A stretch of 64,000 nt of DNA from a virus. Lineage: Duplodnaviria; Caudoviricetes. The notes under the pieces were generated by a model. That model was not told where the DNA came from, did not search any database, and saw only the letters and a program-made list of their open reading frames with translations. Shown here piece by piece: positions 27,000-37,437 of the stretch (position 1 is its first letter; every line of letters begins with the position of its first letter). A program made the translations under genes and the position numbers. The stretch lies in the IMG/VR virus record IMGVR_UViG_3300011242_000002, positions 160,001 to 224,000 of that record; one strand, written 5' to 3'.

Positions 27000-27391
27000 C
27001 CGATTCGCTGATGGGTGAACTGGTGCACATGGAAGACGCCTGCATTGCGTACGAAGACCTGATCGATCTGATTCTCATGAACCGGGATCATGCCGATGAC
27101 GGTTACGAAGACTACCTGATTGATGTATTGTGTGACGAGCGCGACGTTAACGTCCACGATCGCCAACTGGTGCGCAGCGCTTACTACCGGCTGCTGCCGT
27201 ACGTTAACCAGATCTTCCCTGAAACTCAAGGGAGCTGGATCTGCTGTGGCTTCGTGCAGAAGCTCGGGTATTTTATACAGAGCGCCTACTTCGACGCTTA
27301 CGGCATGCACGCCTATCGGCAAACGGTGGTTCACACCATTCGGTCTTATCGGGGTTACTATGATAGTGGTCTTCAACAACAGCGTATTTGA
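26966..27391 (+). CDS. hypothetical protein
   Basis: Acidic ORF in overlapping operon; start uncertain. Confidence 0.6.
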   Translation: MQLVIYDFAPVADSLMGELVHMEDACIAYEDLIDLILMNRDHADDGYEDYLIDVLCDERDVNVHDRQLVRSAYYRLLPYVNQIFPETQGSWICCGFVQKLGYFIQSAYFDAYGMHAYRQTVVHTIRSYRGYYDSGLQQQRI

Positions 27392-27695
27392 TCCCGTCCT
27401 TGACCAGATAAAACGGGTCATTGCCGACGATCTCGATGGTGAGGCGGTGAGCCTGCGCACCATCAACGACGTGGTGTATGAACTGTTCACCTACTGCGTC
27501 GAACGGGTTAACATCGTAGACATTGACCCGGAGTATCAAGGGTTGTATCAGCCATTTTATGAAGCCCTTAATACCCTGCTGCTTCGAAACAACATTCCGC
27601 TGCTGTCGGTCGCCAATATCCTGGTGGACGGCCCGGAGCGTTGGACGGTGCTGCTCATCCAGGACAATGCACGAGGAATAAAGTATGAGTTATAG
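27360..27695 (+). CDS. hypothetical protein
   Basis: ATG 27360; upstream extension overlaps previous gene. Confidence 0.65.
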   Translation: MIVVFNNSVFDPVLDQIKRVIADDLDGEAVSLRTINDVVYELFTYCVERVNIVDIDPEYQGLYQPFYEALNTLLLRNNIPLLSVANILVDGPERWTVLLIQDNARGIKYEL

Positions 27696-28095
27696 TTTGC
27701 TGAAGAAAGGATCCACGGTGGACTTCGTTGTTGAAGCCCCGGAGATCCTGACGTCCGGCTTTGTGAATGCCTTCATTAACAGTGAGCTGGATATGGAGAC
27801 GGCGCAACAGCTGGGGCTGGACGTGATGGCCAAGCACCAGAGCCTGTATCCGCTGTTCAAGGATAAAGGCTATGCGGATGATCCGGCGTCCTACGGCTAC
27901 GTGCGCGTGACCAAGGAAAACGGCGTATCGACTATTCTGGGGATTCCGTGGATCAAAGAATCCTCGATCTCGGTGAAGCAGCGCAGCCGTATTACCGTCA
28001 GCATTCCGGATGTCGGGGTGAACGACCTTGCGCTGATCAAAGCCGCCCTCGAGTCCAACGGCTATCGCAACGCGGTGGTGAAATTGGTCGACTGA
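27685..28095 (+). CDS. conserved phiKZ-family protein (gp49-like, SH3-like fold)
   Basis: DDP.SY.Y....ILGIPWIKESSI motif; directly upstream of polymerase as in phiKZ. Confidence 0.65.
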   Translation: MSYSLLKKGSTVDFVVEAPEILTSGFVNAFINSELDMETAQQLGLDVMAKHQSLYPLFKDKGYADDPASYGYVRVTKENGVSTILGIPWIKESSISVKQRSRITVSIPDVGVNDLALIKAALESNGYRNAVVKLVD

Positions 28096-28202
28096 TGCTG
28101 CGGGGGCTTCGGCTCCCGCAGTCTTTCGTTATGCCCGTTATTTATTTTTTGACATAGCCGGGCTATCCAATAGACACCTTTTACAGCCGTAAGGATATTT
28201 CC

Positions 28203-30314
28203 ATGGAATTGTTCGTAAATCCGGCGAACCAGTATAAGCGCGATTTGCGCATCCATCATCACTACTGTGAGAACAAAGCCAAGTCCTTGTCTTTGCTGTT
28301 CGGTGAACCGATGGAAAAGACCCGTGAGTTTGTGACCCGAGTCACCGCACCGGGTGCCAAGCACGGCGTGATTGATCCGCGCGTGCGTATCCTGATTCGC
28401 GGCAAGAACGGTGACCGTGAACTGAAGTACACCACCTTTAATAAGTTTCTGCATGCGGTCGATAAGCGCGGGGCAATTCTTAGCCCGTCGTTAACCGCCT
28501 ACCTGCATCCGAAGGAAAAAGTCTCGCAGTACGCGGTGTCGACCGACAACAACATCAAGGCCCGTAAGGTCATTAAGAAAGAGATGTTCGTTGCCGAGCA
28601 GCGTGGGGATGTTACCACCGCCACGATTAAAGACATCATGCAGACCGGGCGTAAGCTGACCAACAACGGGATGTCCGGTGGTTTCTGTACGGCCTCTACG
28701 CCGTTCTACTGTCGTTCGGCCCACAGCTCACTAACCTCGTGCTGTCGTTCAGCCACCTCCTCGACCAACGCCTTTAACGAGAAGTTCCTGGCCGGTAACC
28801 GCCATTACCACTCGCCAGAAATCGTGATGGAGAACATCGCTTCCATTTGCCTGCACTCGAACTACGAGCTGATTGATCAGGCAATGCGCGAGTTCAATCT
28901 GCAGTACCCAACCGTCGAGCAGGTAATCGCCTGTATCTACCGTGGCTCGCGCCGCTATTGGTCAGACGCTCGCTACATGGCGATGATTTACCAACAGGTC
29001 AGCAACATGACCGACGGTGAGCGTGCGGCCTTTATGTTTACCAGCGACATGTACCACATGCGTTTGGTTAACCCCGACTTTGTCCGTCAGATGCTGGTTG
29101 ATATTGCCGAGAAGACCCATCAGCCGCTTCACGAAGAGCTGGCGTTAAAAGATGGCGATGCCCGCGTGCTGGCGACGATGAAGTGCGCGGAAGACATTAT
29201 TCGCGTGGGGGTGAAGGAATCCGAGAACTCGGAGGAGATCAAAGGGTTGGTCAAGGCCAACTACCGACTGTCGGTGCAGAACATCGAGAAGTACCGCTCA
29301 TACGTGCGTGCCTTCCTGGTGACCCCGAACACCCCGGCCTCGATTGCAATGATGCCGCATCACGTCCGCGAAGTGGTCCTGGCCTCCGATACCGACTCCT
29401 CGATCTTTACCGAACAGGATTGGATTGACTGGATTCAGCCGGACTATGACTTCCGTCAGGAACGTATTCAGATCAACGCCGCAGTTACCTTCCTGGTATC
29501 ACAGCAGGTCGTGCACTTACTGGCGATTGTCTCCGGCAACATCGGGGTGGCGGAAGAGCATCTGTTCCGTCTGACCATGAAGAACGAATACTACTTCGAA
29601 ACCTTCGTGTTGACCAACATGGGTAAACACTACTTTGCTACCCAGACCGCGCGTGAGGGCAACTTCTACGCCAAGCCGAAGCTGGAGCTCAAAGGGGTGC
29701 ACCTGCGCAACTCGAACGTACCGAAGGAAATCCGTGACCGGGGCAACAAGATCATTAATGAGATCCTCGACAAGTCCAACAGCAACGAACAGTTCTCCGT
29801 AATCGAGCTGCTCCAGCAGGTGGGTGACATTGAGCGCTTTATCATTAACTCGATCAAGAAGGGTGAGCCGATCTTCCTGGCCAAAGCCACCATCAAGGAT
29901 AAGGAAGCTTACGCCAAGCCGCTCAGCAATAACTACTACCACTACCTGATGTGGGAAGAGGTGTTTGCTGCGAAGTACGGTCCGGCACCGGCGCTGCAGT
30001 ATTTAGGGCTTAAGGCAAAACTGGGCTTGGATTCAAAGACCGCGGTCGCCGACTGGTTGGATGAGCTGGAAGACCAGGCACTGGCCCAGCGGATGCGCGA
30101 CTTCATGACCAAGTACGGCAAGACCGGGATTTCCCAGATCATCATGCCGGCAGATATCGTCATGACCCAGGGGTTACCGGAAGAGGTGATTCAGGGGATC
30201 AATATCCGTCAGCTGATCATGGAAAACCTGGGGATGGTGTACTCCTGCCTGGAATCGTTAGGCCTGTACTTTACGAACCCGAACGCAACCCGCCTGGTAT
30301 CAGACGAGCATTAA
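28203..30314 (+). CDS. split family-B DNA polymerase subunit (phiKZ gp50-like)
   Basis: KLTNNGMSG (motif B), ASDTDS (motif C), KHY and LKGV; no exonuclease/motif A region. Confidence 0.88.
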   Translation: MELFVNPANQYKRDLRIHHHYCENKAKSLSLLFGEPMEKTREFVTRVTAPGAKHGVIDPRVRILIRGKNGDRELKYTTFNKFLHAVDKRGAILSPSLTAYLHPKEKVSQYAVSTDNNIKARKVIKKEMFVAEQRGDVTTATIKDIMQTGRKLTNNGMSGGFCTASTPFYCRSAHSSLTSCCRSATSSTNAFNEKFLAGNRHYHSPEIVMENIASICLHSNYELIDQAMREFNLQYPTVEQVIACIYRGSRRYWSDARYMAMIYQQVSNMTDGERAAFMFTSDMYHMRLVNPDFVRQMLVDIAEKTHQPLHEELALKDGDARVLATMKCAEDIIRVGVKESENSEEIKGLVKANYRLSVQNIEKYRSYVRAFLVTPNTPASIAMMPHHVREVVLASDTDSSIFTEQDWIDWIQPDYDFRQERIQINAAVTFLVSQQVVHLLAIVSGNIGVAEEHLFRLTMKNEYYFETFVLTNMGKHYFATQTAREGNFYAKPKLELKGVHLRNSNVPKEIRDRGNKIINEILDKSNSNEQFSVIELLQQVGDIERFIINSIKKGEPIFLAKATIKDKEAYAKPLSNNYYHYLMWEEVFAAKYGPAPALQYLGLKAKLGLDSKTAVADWLDELEDQALAQRMRDFMTKYGKTGISQIIMPADIVMTQGLPEEVIQGINIRQLIMENLGMVYSCLESLGLYFTNPNATRLVSDEH

Positions 30315-30316
30315 TC

Positions 30317-30357
30317 GGCATAAGCTCCTAGGTAGCCCAGGCTACCTAGGAGCGCCG
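30317..30357. terminator. bidirectional terminator
   Basis: CGGCATAA-GCTCCTAGGTAGCC-CA-GGCTACCTAGGAGC. Confidence 0.8.
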
Positions 30358-30362
30358 TCTGA

Positions 30363-31475
30363 TCATCTGTTGGTTTTGATGCGCTTCTCAATGCTGGCCA
30401 GTTCCGCATTGATCACGATGCTGATAGCCCGCGGCATACCGCCGATGCGAAACGTATTGTCGCTTTTGATGTTGCCAAGATTGTGCAGGATGTGGTTAAT
30501 CTTTTCGCCTTCTTTTCTGCCGCGGTTAAAGTTACCGTCCACTTCTAACAGGAAGTCGATCAGCCAGCTGCGGGCGATGATCCACGCCCAGCGATTTTGC
30601 CGCACGTCAATATCCACCGGCAGACGGATAGCATCGTAACCGCTGCGATAATAGGTGGGCATGTGCATCAGTACGCTTTCCCAGTAGCGCGGGGTGCGCT
30701 TAAGCTCGGGCACCGTTTTGGCAATCAGCTGATCAAGCAGGGACAGATCATCCATTAACCAGAAGGCCTGACGCGGTTGCATGTCGTGTCCTTTGATCCC
30801 GCGATAGGCTTTGATGGTACGGTTGATCACCGCAATGTCGTTGTGTGATTTAATGAGGTTCTGCAACGGATAAGCCACGGCAAACTGGGTAAAGGTCGGA
30901 ACCGGGTTAATGTTCGCGGTCTTTACCCACTGCTGAAACAGCATGAACTGCAGGGCCAGGACCGGGATGTCAATGCTGAACACCGCAATACCGCCTTGTC
31001 CACCCAAGATCTGGCGCTTGTCCAGAATACCGAAGTTGGTGCTGTCGTACGGGTGACGGTGCACCCGTACTGGTTCCAGGTCTCGCCAGTCGATGCCTTT
31101 GACGTCCTCGTAGCGGGAGGAGGTAGCGATAAGGATTTCCATCACGTTGTCGGGATAGAAGTTGGATTTACTGATGGTGCCGTAGCTGGTGCTCGAAGTC
31201 ATCCCAACCATGTTGCCGATACGGTAATCCTGGTTGCGTATTTCATCGAAGTATTTCCTGACATTGCTGACCGATAATTGTGTAAGGTTCGGCATTTTAA
31301 ACTGTTTCAGTAAACGGACGACCACGTTGTTATTTTGTGCGCTTAAGTTACGGCTGCGAAAATAATCCTGTGATTTTCCCAGGTTAAGAAAGGCAATGTC
31401 CCGCAGGCGTTGAATGGTTTGGTTCATCATGTCGCCATGATTGAGCTGTGCATCCGTGTTAAAAAGAGTATGCAT
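30363..31475 (-). CDS. conserved phiKZ-family virion protein (gp52-like)
   Basis: Minus-strand gene between polymerase and chimallin as in phiKZ; MHTLF start chosen over 31541. Confidence 0.6.
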   Translation of the reverse strand: MHTLFNTDAQLNHGDMMNQTIQRLRDIAFLNLGKSQDYFRSRNLSAQNNNVVVRLLKQFKMPNLTQLSVSNVRKYFDEIRNQDYRIGNMVGMTSSTSYGTISKSNFYPDNVMEILIATSSRYEDVKGIDWRDLEPVRVHRHPYDSTNFGILDKRQILGGQGGIAVFSIDIPVLALQFMLFQQWVKTANINPVPTFTQFAVAYPLQNLIKSHNDIAVINRTIKAYRGIKGHDMQPRQAFWLMDDLSLLDQLIAKTVPELKRTPRYWESVLMHMPTYYRSGYDAIRLPVDIDVRQNRWAWIIARSWLIDFLLEVDGNFNRGRKEGEKINHILHNLGNIKSDNTFRIGGMPRAISIVINAELASIEKRIKTNR

Positions 31476-31600
31476 AACCACCCCGAATATAGTGATCTGT
31501 AATAAAAAACATAATGAGTTATAGTATGTGGAGAATGCCATCTCCCATCTGGGCTAACGCCTGGATGCCGCCTGGAGATAGATTCAAACTTTTTACACCC

Positions 31601-31616
31601 CTATATTACCTAAGTG
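31601..31616 (+). promoter_or_regulatory. early promoter of chimallin
   Basis: CTATATTAC-CTAAG-TG. Confidence 0.8.
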
Positions 31617-31693
31617 TAATTACCATGGTAATTTCATTCGCGAATGTTTAATCTTAGTAGCAAAGACTACTACATCAAAAAGGAACTAGAAGT

Positions 31694-33760
31694 ATGAAAC
31701 ATCCTAACGACAACCAGCCAACCAACCCTGTTCTGGGCGACGCACTGAAGAATGCTCAGCAGGCACAGCAGCAACAGCAGGCGCAGGCCCAGCCTCAGCA
31801 GCCTGCACAGCCGCAGGTGGCACCACAGGTTCCGCCACAGCCCGCTTTCACCGCGCAGCAGCAGCAGCCGGTCTTCACTGGTCAGCCTGGTGTGAACGCT
31901 CAGGCGCAGCCGCAGGTTAATCCGCAGGACCGTAAATCCCGTATCTTCGGGATGAACGACCGTCGTGAACGTACCTTCTCTTCTCAGAGCTACTCCGAGA
32001 ACTTCAAGATCGCGACCGATGCGATGGAAGAGTTCGCCAAGGGCTACGAAGATAAAGGCTACAAGAAGACCTGGTACATCCTGCCGCTGCAGGACACCAA
32101 CCTGCACTGCGGTTCCCTGATCTATGCGCTGATCATCAGCAACACCACGGTAGCCACCTACACCTACCTGCTGGAAAACACCGGTTCTCAGCTGAAACCA
32201 ATGACCGGCAACGATCCGCAGACCAACGAACGTTACGAGCTGCCGCGCATGACCGGTTCTCAGTACGATGACATCTACTGGGCCGCTGTACAGTCCACCG
32301 TGCGTCGTGCGCTGCGTCTTAGCGACAGCGTGAACATCCTGGAAGCCGGTGCGGGTGTTATCCATTCCGAAATGGATTGGAAAGACACTACTGCTATTGG
32401 CCGCCACCTCAACAACGCCGAAAACGCCGCGATGGCGTATGCTAACCGCCTGTCTGGCTACCAGATTGAACCACCACTGAACCTGGTGACTGAAATCAAC
32501 CCGCTGGTCGACCGTCTGTCCGCCGGCTTCAACTTCAACCCACTGCCGCTGTACACCGCGGATGGTCAGCCACAGCGTAACGACGTAGAAATCAAACTCA
32601 CCGTAAGCTCTGACGGCGACGTGCAGGTTCAGAACTCCGAACCTTTCACCACCGTTAACGCCTACGTGGAACTGGTTTCTGCCGGTAACCAACCGCAGTA
32701 CATCCCAGGTCCGTACGGCCAGATGGTGCAGGCGACCCAGCGCTACTACCCGCAGCTGGCAATCACCAACATCAGCCAGGGGATCTTCGATGCCGAAGGC
32801 GCTGAGTTCCAGCTCCTGGGTCTCTACACTGCTACCCTGCTGATGGAGAACAACAACTGGCAGAACGCCTTTGCTCCGCGCATGGTTAACGGTGTCGACA
32901 TCAACGACATCGGTGCCCTGAACTACGAGCTGGGCCTGGGTCGTGATCCAGCTGACCCGAACGCACGTCCGAAGAAGATCGACACCAAGTCCCATGACTT
33001 CAACATGCATGCCCTGTCGCAGCTGCTGAACACCGCCTGCTTCCCAAGCATGTCGATGGTACTTGACATCGAAGAAACCGGACACCGTAACTGGGTGAAC
33101 TCGATGTTCCTGCAAGCCGGTGGCCTGCCGAACACCAACTACACCCTGCTGTCGGACGACGGTAAGCTGGCGCACGATGCCATCATCGCCGCCGCCAACA
33201 ACCTGACCAACGGGAACTTCTCCAAGTTCTTCACGGATCCTACGCAGCTGATCACGATCCGTGACGGTTCGCGTATTCAGGGTGGCTACTACGTGAGCGA
33301 AGACGGTAAACGTCTGGATATTCGTAACGTCGATCTGCTGGCGGTACTGAACTTCCTCGGCGAATCCGATCCACGTCGCGTAGACGAGTGGAAGATGATC
33401 TGTTCTTCTACTTCCGGCCTGTCCGGTCCAAAACGCATTGCGCTGCGTCAGCAGTTCCTGCAGACCATCCTGGGTGCCTCTTACCAGCAGAAGTGCTACT
33501 TCGAGCGAGTAATGGTCAACCACGTGTTCCTGGAAGCACTGCGTCAGGCCCTGGCCGCCGGTGGCGTGCAGGTTCGTCCGGAAAACATGTCCAGCCAGTA
33601 CAACTCCATGTCCTACGGCACGCCGCTGGCACAGATGTACGGCTTCAACACCAACGTCGGTTCTTCCCTGGTTCAGGGTGGTTTCACGCAGGTGGACAAC
33701 ATGGGCCGTGCGATCAACTTTGGTAACTACCGTACCCCGTTCGGTCACTACCATAACTAA
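31694..33760 (+). CDS. chmA: chimallin, major phage nuclear shell protein
   Basis: 688 aa, strong high-expression codon bias, directly upstream of nvRNAP beta-prime gene; motifs GQPQRND, DIGALNYE, GYY..DG...DIR.VDLLAVLN; G/N/Q/F-rich C-tail. Confidence 0.88.
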   Translation: MKHPNDNQPTNPVLGDALKNAQQAQQQQQAQAQPQQPAQPQVAPQVPPQPAFTAQQQQPVFTGQPGVNAQAQPQVNPQDRKSRIFGMNDRRERTFSSQSYSENFKIATDAMEEFAKGYEDKGYKKTWYILPLQDTNLHCGSLIYALIISNTTVATYTYLLENTGSQLKPMTGNDPQTNERYELPRMTGSQYDDIYWAAVQSTVRRALRLSDSVNILEAGAGVIHSEMDWKDTTAIGRHLNNAENAAMAYANRLSGYQIEPPLNLVTEINPLVDRLSAGFNFNPLPLYTADGQPQRNDVEIKLTVSSDGDVQVQNSEPFTTVNAYVELVSAGNQPQYIPGPYGQMVQATQRYYPQLAITNISQGIFDAEGAEFQLLGLYTATLLMENNNWQNAFAPRMVNGVDINDIGALNYELGLGRDPADPNARPKKIDTKSHDFNMHALSQLLNTACFPSMSMVLDIEETGHRNWVNSMFLQAGGLPNTNYTLLSDDGKLAHDAIIAAANNLTNGNFSKFFTDPTQLITIRDGSRIQGGYYVSEDGKRLDIRNVDLLAVLNFLGESDPRRVDEWKMICSSTSGLSGPKRIALRQQFLQTILGASYQQKCYFERVMVNHVFLEALRQALAAGGVQVRPENMSSQYNSMSYGTPLAQMYGFNTNVGSSLVQGGFTQVDNMGRAINFGNYRTPFGHYHN

Positions 33761-33770
33761 GATGATGGTT

Positions 33771-33818
33771 GCATAAGTAACGGAAGAGGAGGGTTCACGC
33801 CCTCCTCTTTTTATGCCC
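33771..33818 (+). terminator. terminator with GCATAA/TTATGCC flanks
   Basis: AAGAGGAGGG-TTCACG-CCCTCCTCTT-TTTATGCC. Confidence 0.8.
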
Positions 33819-33859
33819 TACCATTATTTTTTTAACCCGTCGGAAAAAAGGAAAAGGTC

Positions 33860-35332
33860 ATGCAACCCATTGCCAATGGCGGCGTCTGCGCCACCGTCGC
33901 TGACCACGACAAAGCGTTCCTCCAGCTCGAATACTCGCCGGTCATGATCAACGATTTTGACCTCAGTATTGAAGCCGAGCGTGCCAAGCTGAATGCGCAA
34001 ATGCGCGTTAGCTACGACACCGACATGTTCAGCGTCAAGCCGCGCTGCTTCTGTGGGAAACTGGAGGGCGGTGAAAAGGTTGGTCGCGTCTGCGGCGTCT
34101 GTAACCATCCGGTCACGGTGGTCACCGAAGAGGCGATCGAATCTCAGCTGTGGTTCCAAACCCCCTTAGGGGTAGCCGGCTACATCAACCCGCAGATGTG
34201 GACGCTGTTGTTTGAACCCTTCGTGGTCAAGGGCTTCAATCCCCTCGAGTATTTTGCTGACCGTCAGTATACTCCCGCCAAAGCCAGCGGGGATTACAAG
34301 AACAAAGAGATCTACCTGCTCTGTAAGTCGCTCAATATCCCGCGCGGTTTAAACAGCCTGGTGGAAAACTTTGATAAGATCATGGACACGCTGCTCAATT
34401 CCCCGGTGGTGCGCAGCAGTAACATCTCAGCCGAAGCTCTGCGTAACTACAGTGCGCTGTATCAACGTTACCGCTCGGTGATGTTTTGCACCTACCTGCA
34501 GCTACCCTCAAAGTTAGTATTCATCGTGGAATCTAATGCGACGGGGCGTTATGCAGAACCCGGTATGAAACTGGCTCAGGATGCTGCGTTGACCGTCTGC
34601 GATGCCCGCAAGGAGATCCTCGACAACCACGACCTGAAGTTCAACGAGAACATCGCCATCAAGGTGGTGCGTCAGCTGGCGGACTTCTACAAGTCGCACG
34701 ACAAGGATATCTTTGCCGGCAAACCCGGGCTGTTGCGTAAGAACATCGGTGGTTCCCGCATGCCGTTTACCGCCCGTTGTGTAATCACTTCAAAGACCGG
34801 CCATCACGACATGGACGAGGTGGACATCCCGCGCTGTATTGCGATTCCGCTGCTGCGTTTTCACATTGCCAACAAGCTTAAGCGTCGCGGCTTTCGCCCG
34901 GTAGAGATCCTCTCGCGCATCAACGCCTCGATCAAACGCCCGGACCCGGTGATTGAATCGGTGCTGGACGAGCTGGAGCTGGATCAAAAGATCAAAGGCT
35001 CAGTGGTGCGTTTGCTGAAGATCTTCCTGCTGCGTAACCCAACCTTACGCTGGTTGTCCAACCGTCGTTTTTATGCCCGCATCAACCGTAACCCGGAAGA
35101 GATCACCATCAAGATCTCCACGCTCTCCATTATCTCGTCGAACGCCGACTTTGATGGTGATGAGCTGAACCTGCTGATGGTCACCGATCAGATCATGTCA
35201 ACGTATGCCGAAGCCTTTGGTTCGCATAACTGCGTGCTGGACATGAACAACCCGTTGACCGTATCGGGTGACATTGCGCTGCCGGCTACGCTGATCTCCA
35301 CGATCAACCGTTGGGCCTATAGCCACGACTAA
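33860..35332 (+). CDS. non-virion RNA polymerase beta-prime N-terminal subunit (phiKZ gp55-like)
   Basis: Zn finger CxC..CxxC, GKPGLLRKNIGGSR, RNPTL, catalytic NADFDGD. Confidence 0.92.
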   Translation: MQPIANGGVCATVADHDKAFLQLEYSPVMINDFDLSIEAERAKLNAQMRVSYDTDMFSVKPRCFCGKLEGGEKVGRVCGVCNHPVTVVTEEAIESQLWFQTPLGVAGYINPQMWTLLFEPFVVKGFNPLEYFADRQYTPAKASGDYKNKEIYLLCKSLNIPRGLNSLVENFDKIMDTLLNSPVVRSSNISAEALRNYSALYQRYRSVMFCTYLQLPSKLVFIVESNATGRYAEPGMKLAQDAALTVCDARKEILDNHDLKFNENIAIKVVRQLADFYKSHDKDIFAGKPGLLRKNIGGSRMPFTARCVITSKTGHHDMDEVDIPRCIAIPLLRFHIANKLKRRGFRPVEILSRINASIKRPDPVIESVLDELELDQKIKGSVVRLLKIFLLRNPTLRWLSNRRFYARINRNPEEITIKISTLSIISSNADFDGDELNLLMVTDQIMSTYAEAFGSHNCVLDMNNPLTVSGDIALPATLISTINRWAYSHD

Positions 35333-35374
35333 CCACACAGGCGGGGTAACCCCGCCTTTTATGCGGAGGTAAAC

Positions 35375-36049
35375 ATGACACCGTATGAAGAATTGGGTAA
35401 AACACAGGCTGAGCTACTGGCCCACGGCGAGGCTATTGTTAACTCGCTGTTCTTTAGAAACGAGCCGTACAACCATTACGTGTTCATTGTGGGGGATGAG
35501 CTGGAGTTTGCCGCAATTGCCGAATACGTTAACGCACACCTCAACGGAAAGGACATCATCCGTCATTACCATCGCTATCGTAATAGCGCCGGCTTTACGG
35601 TCAATTGGAAAAGCATGAATAACGTGTACAGCATCGTAGGGATGCACTGCCGCAGTATTCATTATTACCACCAGTCATCGCTGATGGAGTTTATCAGCAC
35701 CACCATTCACGAGCAGCAGCACATGCTCACCCGTATTGAGCGCGATACCGGGGCCGATCACCGTTTTGAAGACGAACCCCGTACCTACAGCACCGCCTGG
35801 AGCTTTGATAAGATCATGGAAATCCTGCGTCGTAACTGGGGGGTTCACCTGGTGTCGATGCCGGCATGGATGATTCCCCGCGCTCGGACGTTGGATGAGG
35901 TCTGCAACCTGATGAACGCCAAGATACCTAATCGTGATATCTACAGCGGGGTGATGCAGCAGTACATGGCGTCACACACGGGTGTGGTGCAGCACGACAA
36001 GGAAGGCTGGCGAGCCGTCACCTATGTTTCCGGAGGTCAAGATGTCTGA
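35375..36049 (+). CDS. putative zincin-like metalloprotein
   Basis: TIHEQQH (HExxH) followed by DEPRTY. Confidence 0.6.
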   Translation: MTPYEELGKTQAELLAHGEAIVNSLFFRNEPYNHYVFIVGDELEFAAIAEYVNAHLNGKDIIRHYHRYRNSAGFTVNWKSMNNVYSIVGMHCRSIHYYHQSSLMEFISTTIHEQQHMLTRIERDTGADHRFEDEPRTYSTAWSFDKIMEILRRNWGVHLVSMPAWMIPRARTLDEVCNLMNAKIPNRDIYSGVMQQYMASHTGVVQHDKEGWRAVTYVSGGQDV

Positions 36050-36656
36050 ACCTGCTTTTCTGCGCACCCAGTCTTTTCGCACTGAACCTTTTAAGGACAA
36101 GGTGATAGTGCTCTTTAACCAAGACGAGTTGAAGCAGTTCACGACGTACCTGACTCATATCAAACATCACCAGCATGGTCAGGAAGGGTTGGCGAAGCTT
36201 GATGACAATTACGGTCTGGTTAAGCTGCACAGTCCGGGCACCGCCAATGACCAGGTGCTGTACCTGCCGGTCATTGAGCGCCAACGCATGGGTATGTCAT
36301 GGATGTACATGCAGAGTGTGATTGCCCGTCTTAGCACGCAGATCGCGCTCAGTGCCGTCACGGTGGCGGGCTACAAACCGCTTACCGAATCGGTAATGTT
36401 TATCCATCTCCACGCCCGCATTATGGAACGGATTATGCAAATCGTGGAGGCGAAGTTCGGCGGCAAGCTTTCGATTGTCCCGCAACCGGCAATGGATTTG
36501 AGTGTGGACCTTAACGCACAGCAGTGGCGAACCATTGACCAGTTTACACCACGCACCATCGCTGACCTGGCTCGTGATCATCTCATGCTGGTTGATAACC
36601 ACGTTGTCGAACTCGATGACCACGGTCTGTGGTCTTCTACAAGCTACTTCTATTAA
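36042..36656 (+). CDS. hypothetical protein, probable degenerate paralog of upstream gene
   Basis: GGAGG RBS; FRTEPF vs FRNEPY; no HExxH. Confidence 0.65.
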   Translation: MSEPAFLRTQSFRTEPFKDKVIVLFNQDELKQFTTYLTHIKHHQHGQEGLAKLDDNYGLVKLHSPGTANDQVLYLPVIERQRMGMSWMYMQSVIARLSTQIALSAVTVAGYKPLTESVMFIHLHARIMERIMQIVEAKFGGKLSIVPQPAMDLSVDLNAQQWRTIDQFTPRTIADLARDHLMLVDNHVVELDDHGLWSSTSYFY

Positions 36657-36719
36657 TCCCATGCCTGGATTCGTCCAGGCTTTTATGTCGTTTACTTAAC
36701 CCGTAAGAAGGAAATTATC

Positions 36720-37418
36720 ATGTCAAACTATGCTGCGATTAACCTGCGCTTTAAACTGCGTAACGATGCTCCGGAATTTGTCAAGGAGTTCCTCACCACC
36801 TGGTTCTTCTTAACCGACGCGGAACAGGCGGTAGCTGACCTGGAGCAGGTGGATCAGGTGACGGGTCTGAACGTCCTGAAGTATTATCCGGGAGGGATCG
36901 ATAACCTGACCAGCATGATTGCCCAGTGTTCGGTTTATCATAAAACCTGGTGCTGGCGCGTGGCGGAAGACAAGGGGGATTACACCTTATACGAGTCCAA
37001 GGCCAGCTGCACCCACCGCTCCACCGATGAAGACCTGCTGGTATTGGTGATGACCGGACTGCACCCGTTCCTGGTTATTGAAGACGGTGACATTCTCGCC
37101 CGCATCATCTACGAAGACGCCAGTCGTGAACGTGTGGTGGTGTTTGATAAGGCGCAGGGCGGGTGTGCAATGGCCGATGGGTACCTGCATAAATGGGGCA
37201 ACAATAACGATGGAGACGGTTCACACCCGCGTGAGCAGTCTAAGTACTATACTCAGGTACTAAGTGACAAAGAAGGATCTGATCGTTTCTCTCGTCCGAT
37301 TCCCGAAGACGATGAGTTCTATCCGCCGTGGAACATCACGGACGTGCTGGTGCGTAACACCGCTAACGACGGTAAGTGGGCAGTTGAGCGCAGCGAAAGG
37401 CTCGGGTTAGGCTGGTAA
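36720..37418 (+). CDS. hypothetical protein
   Basis: AAGGA RBS, 232 aa. Confidence 0.75.
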   Translation: MSNYAAINLRFKLRNDAPEFVKEFLTTWFFLTDAEQAVADLEQVDQVTGLNVLKYYPGGIDNLTSMIAQCSVYHKTWCWRVAEDKGDYTLYESKASCTHRSTDEDLLVLVMTGLHPFLVIEDGDILARIIYEDASRERVVVFDKAQGGCAMADGYLHKWGNNNDGDGSHPREQSKYYTQVLSDKEGSDRFSRPIPEDDEFYPPWNITDVLVRNTANDGKWAVERSERLGLGW

Positions 37419-37437
37419 GCTGTAGATCCGCTCATGC

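Noticed and set aside
31670-33754. 694-aa minus-strand ORF antisense to chimallin
   Set aside because: Shadow of strong codon bias on the sense strand; no RBS or recognisable motif
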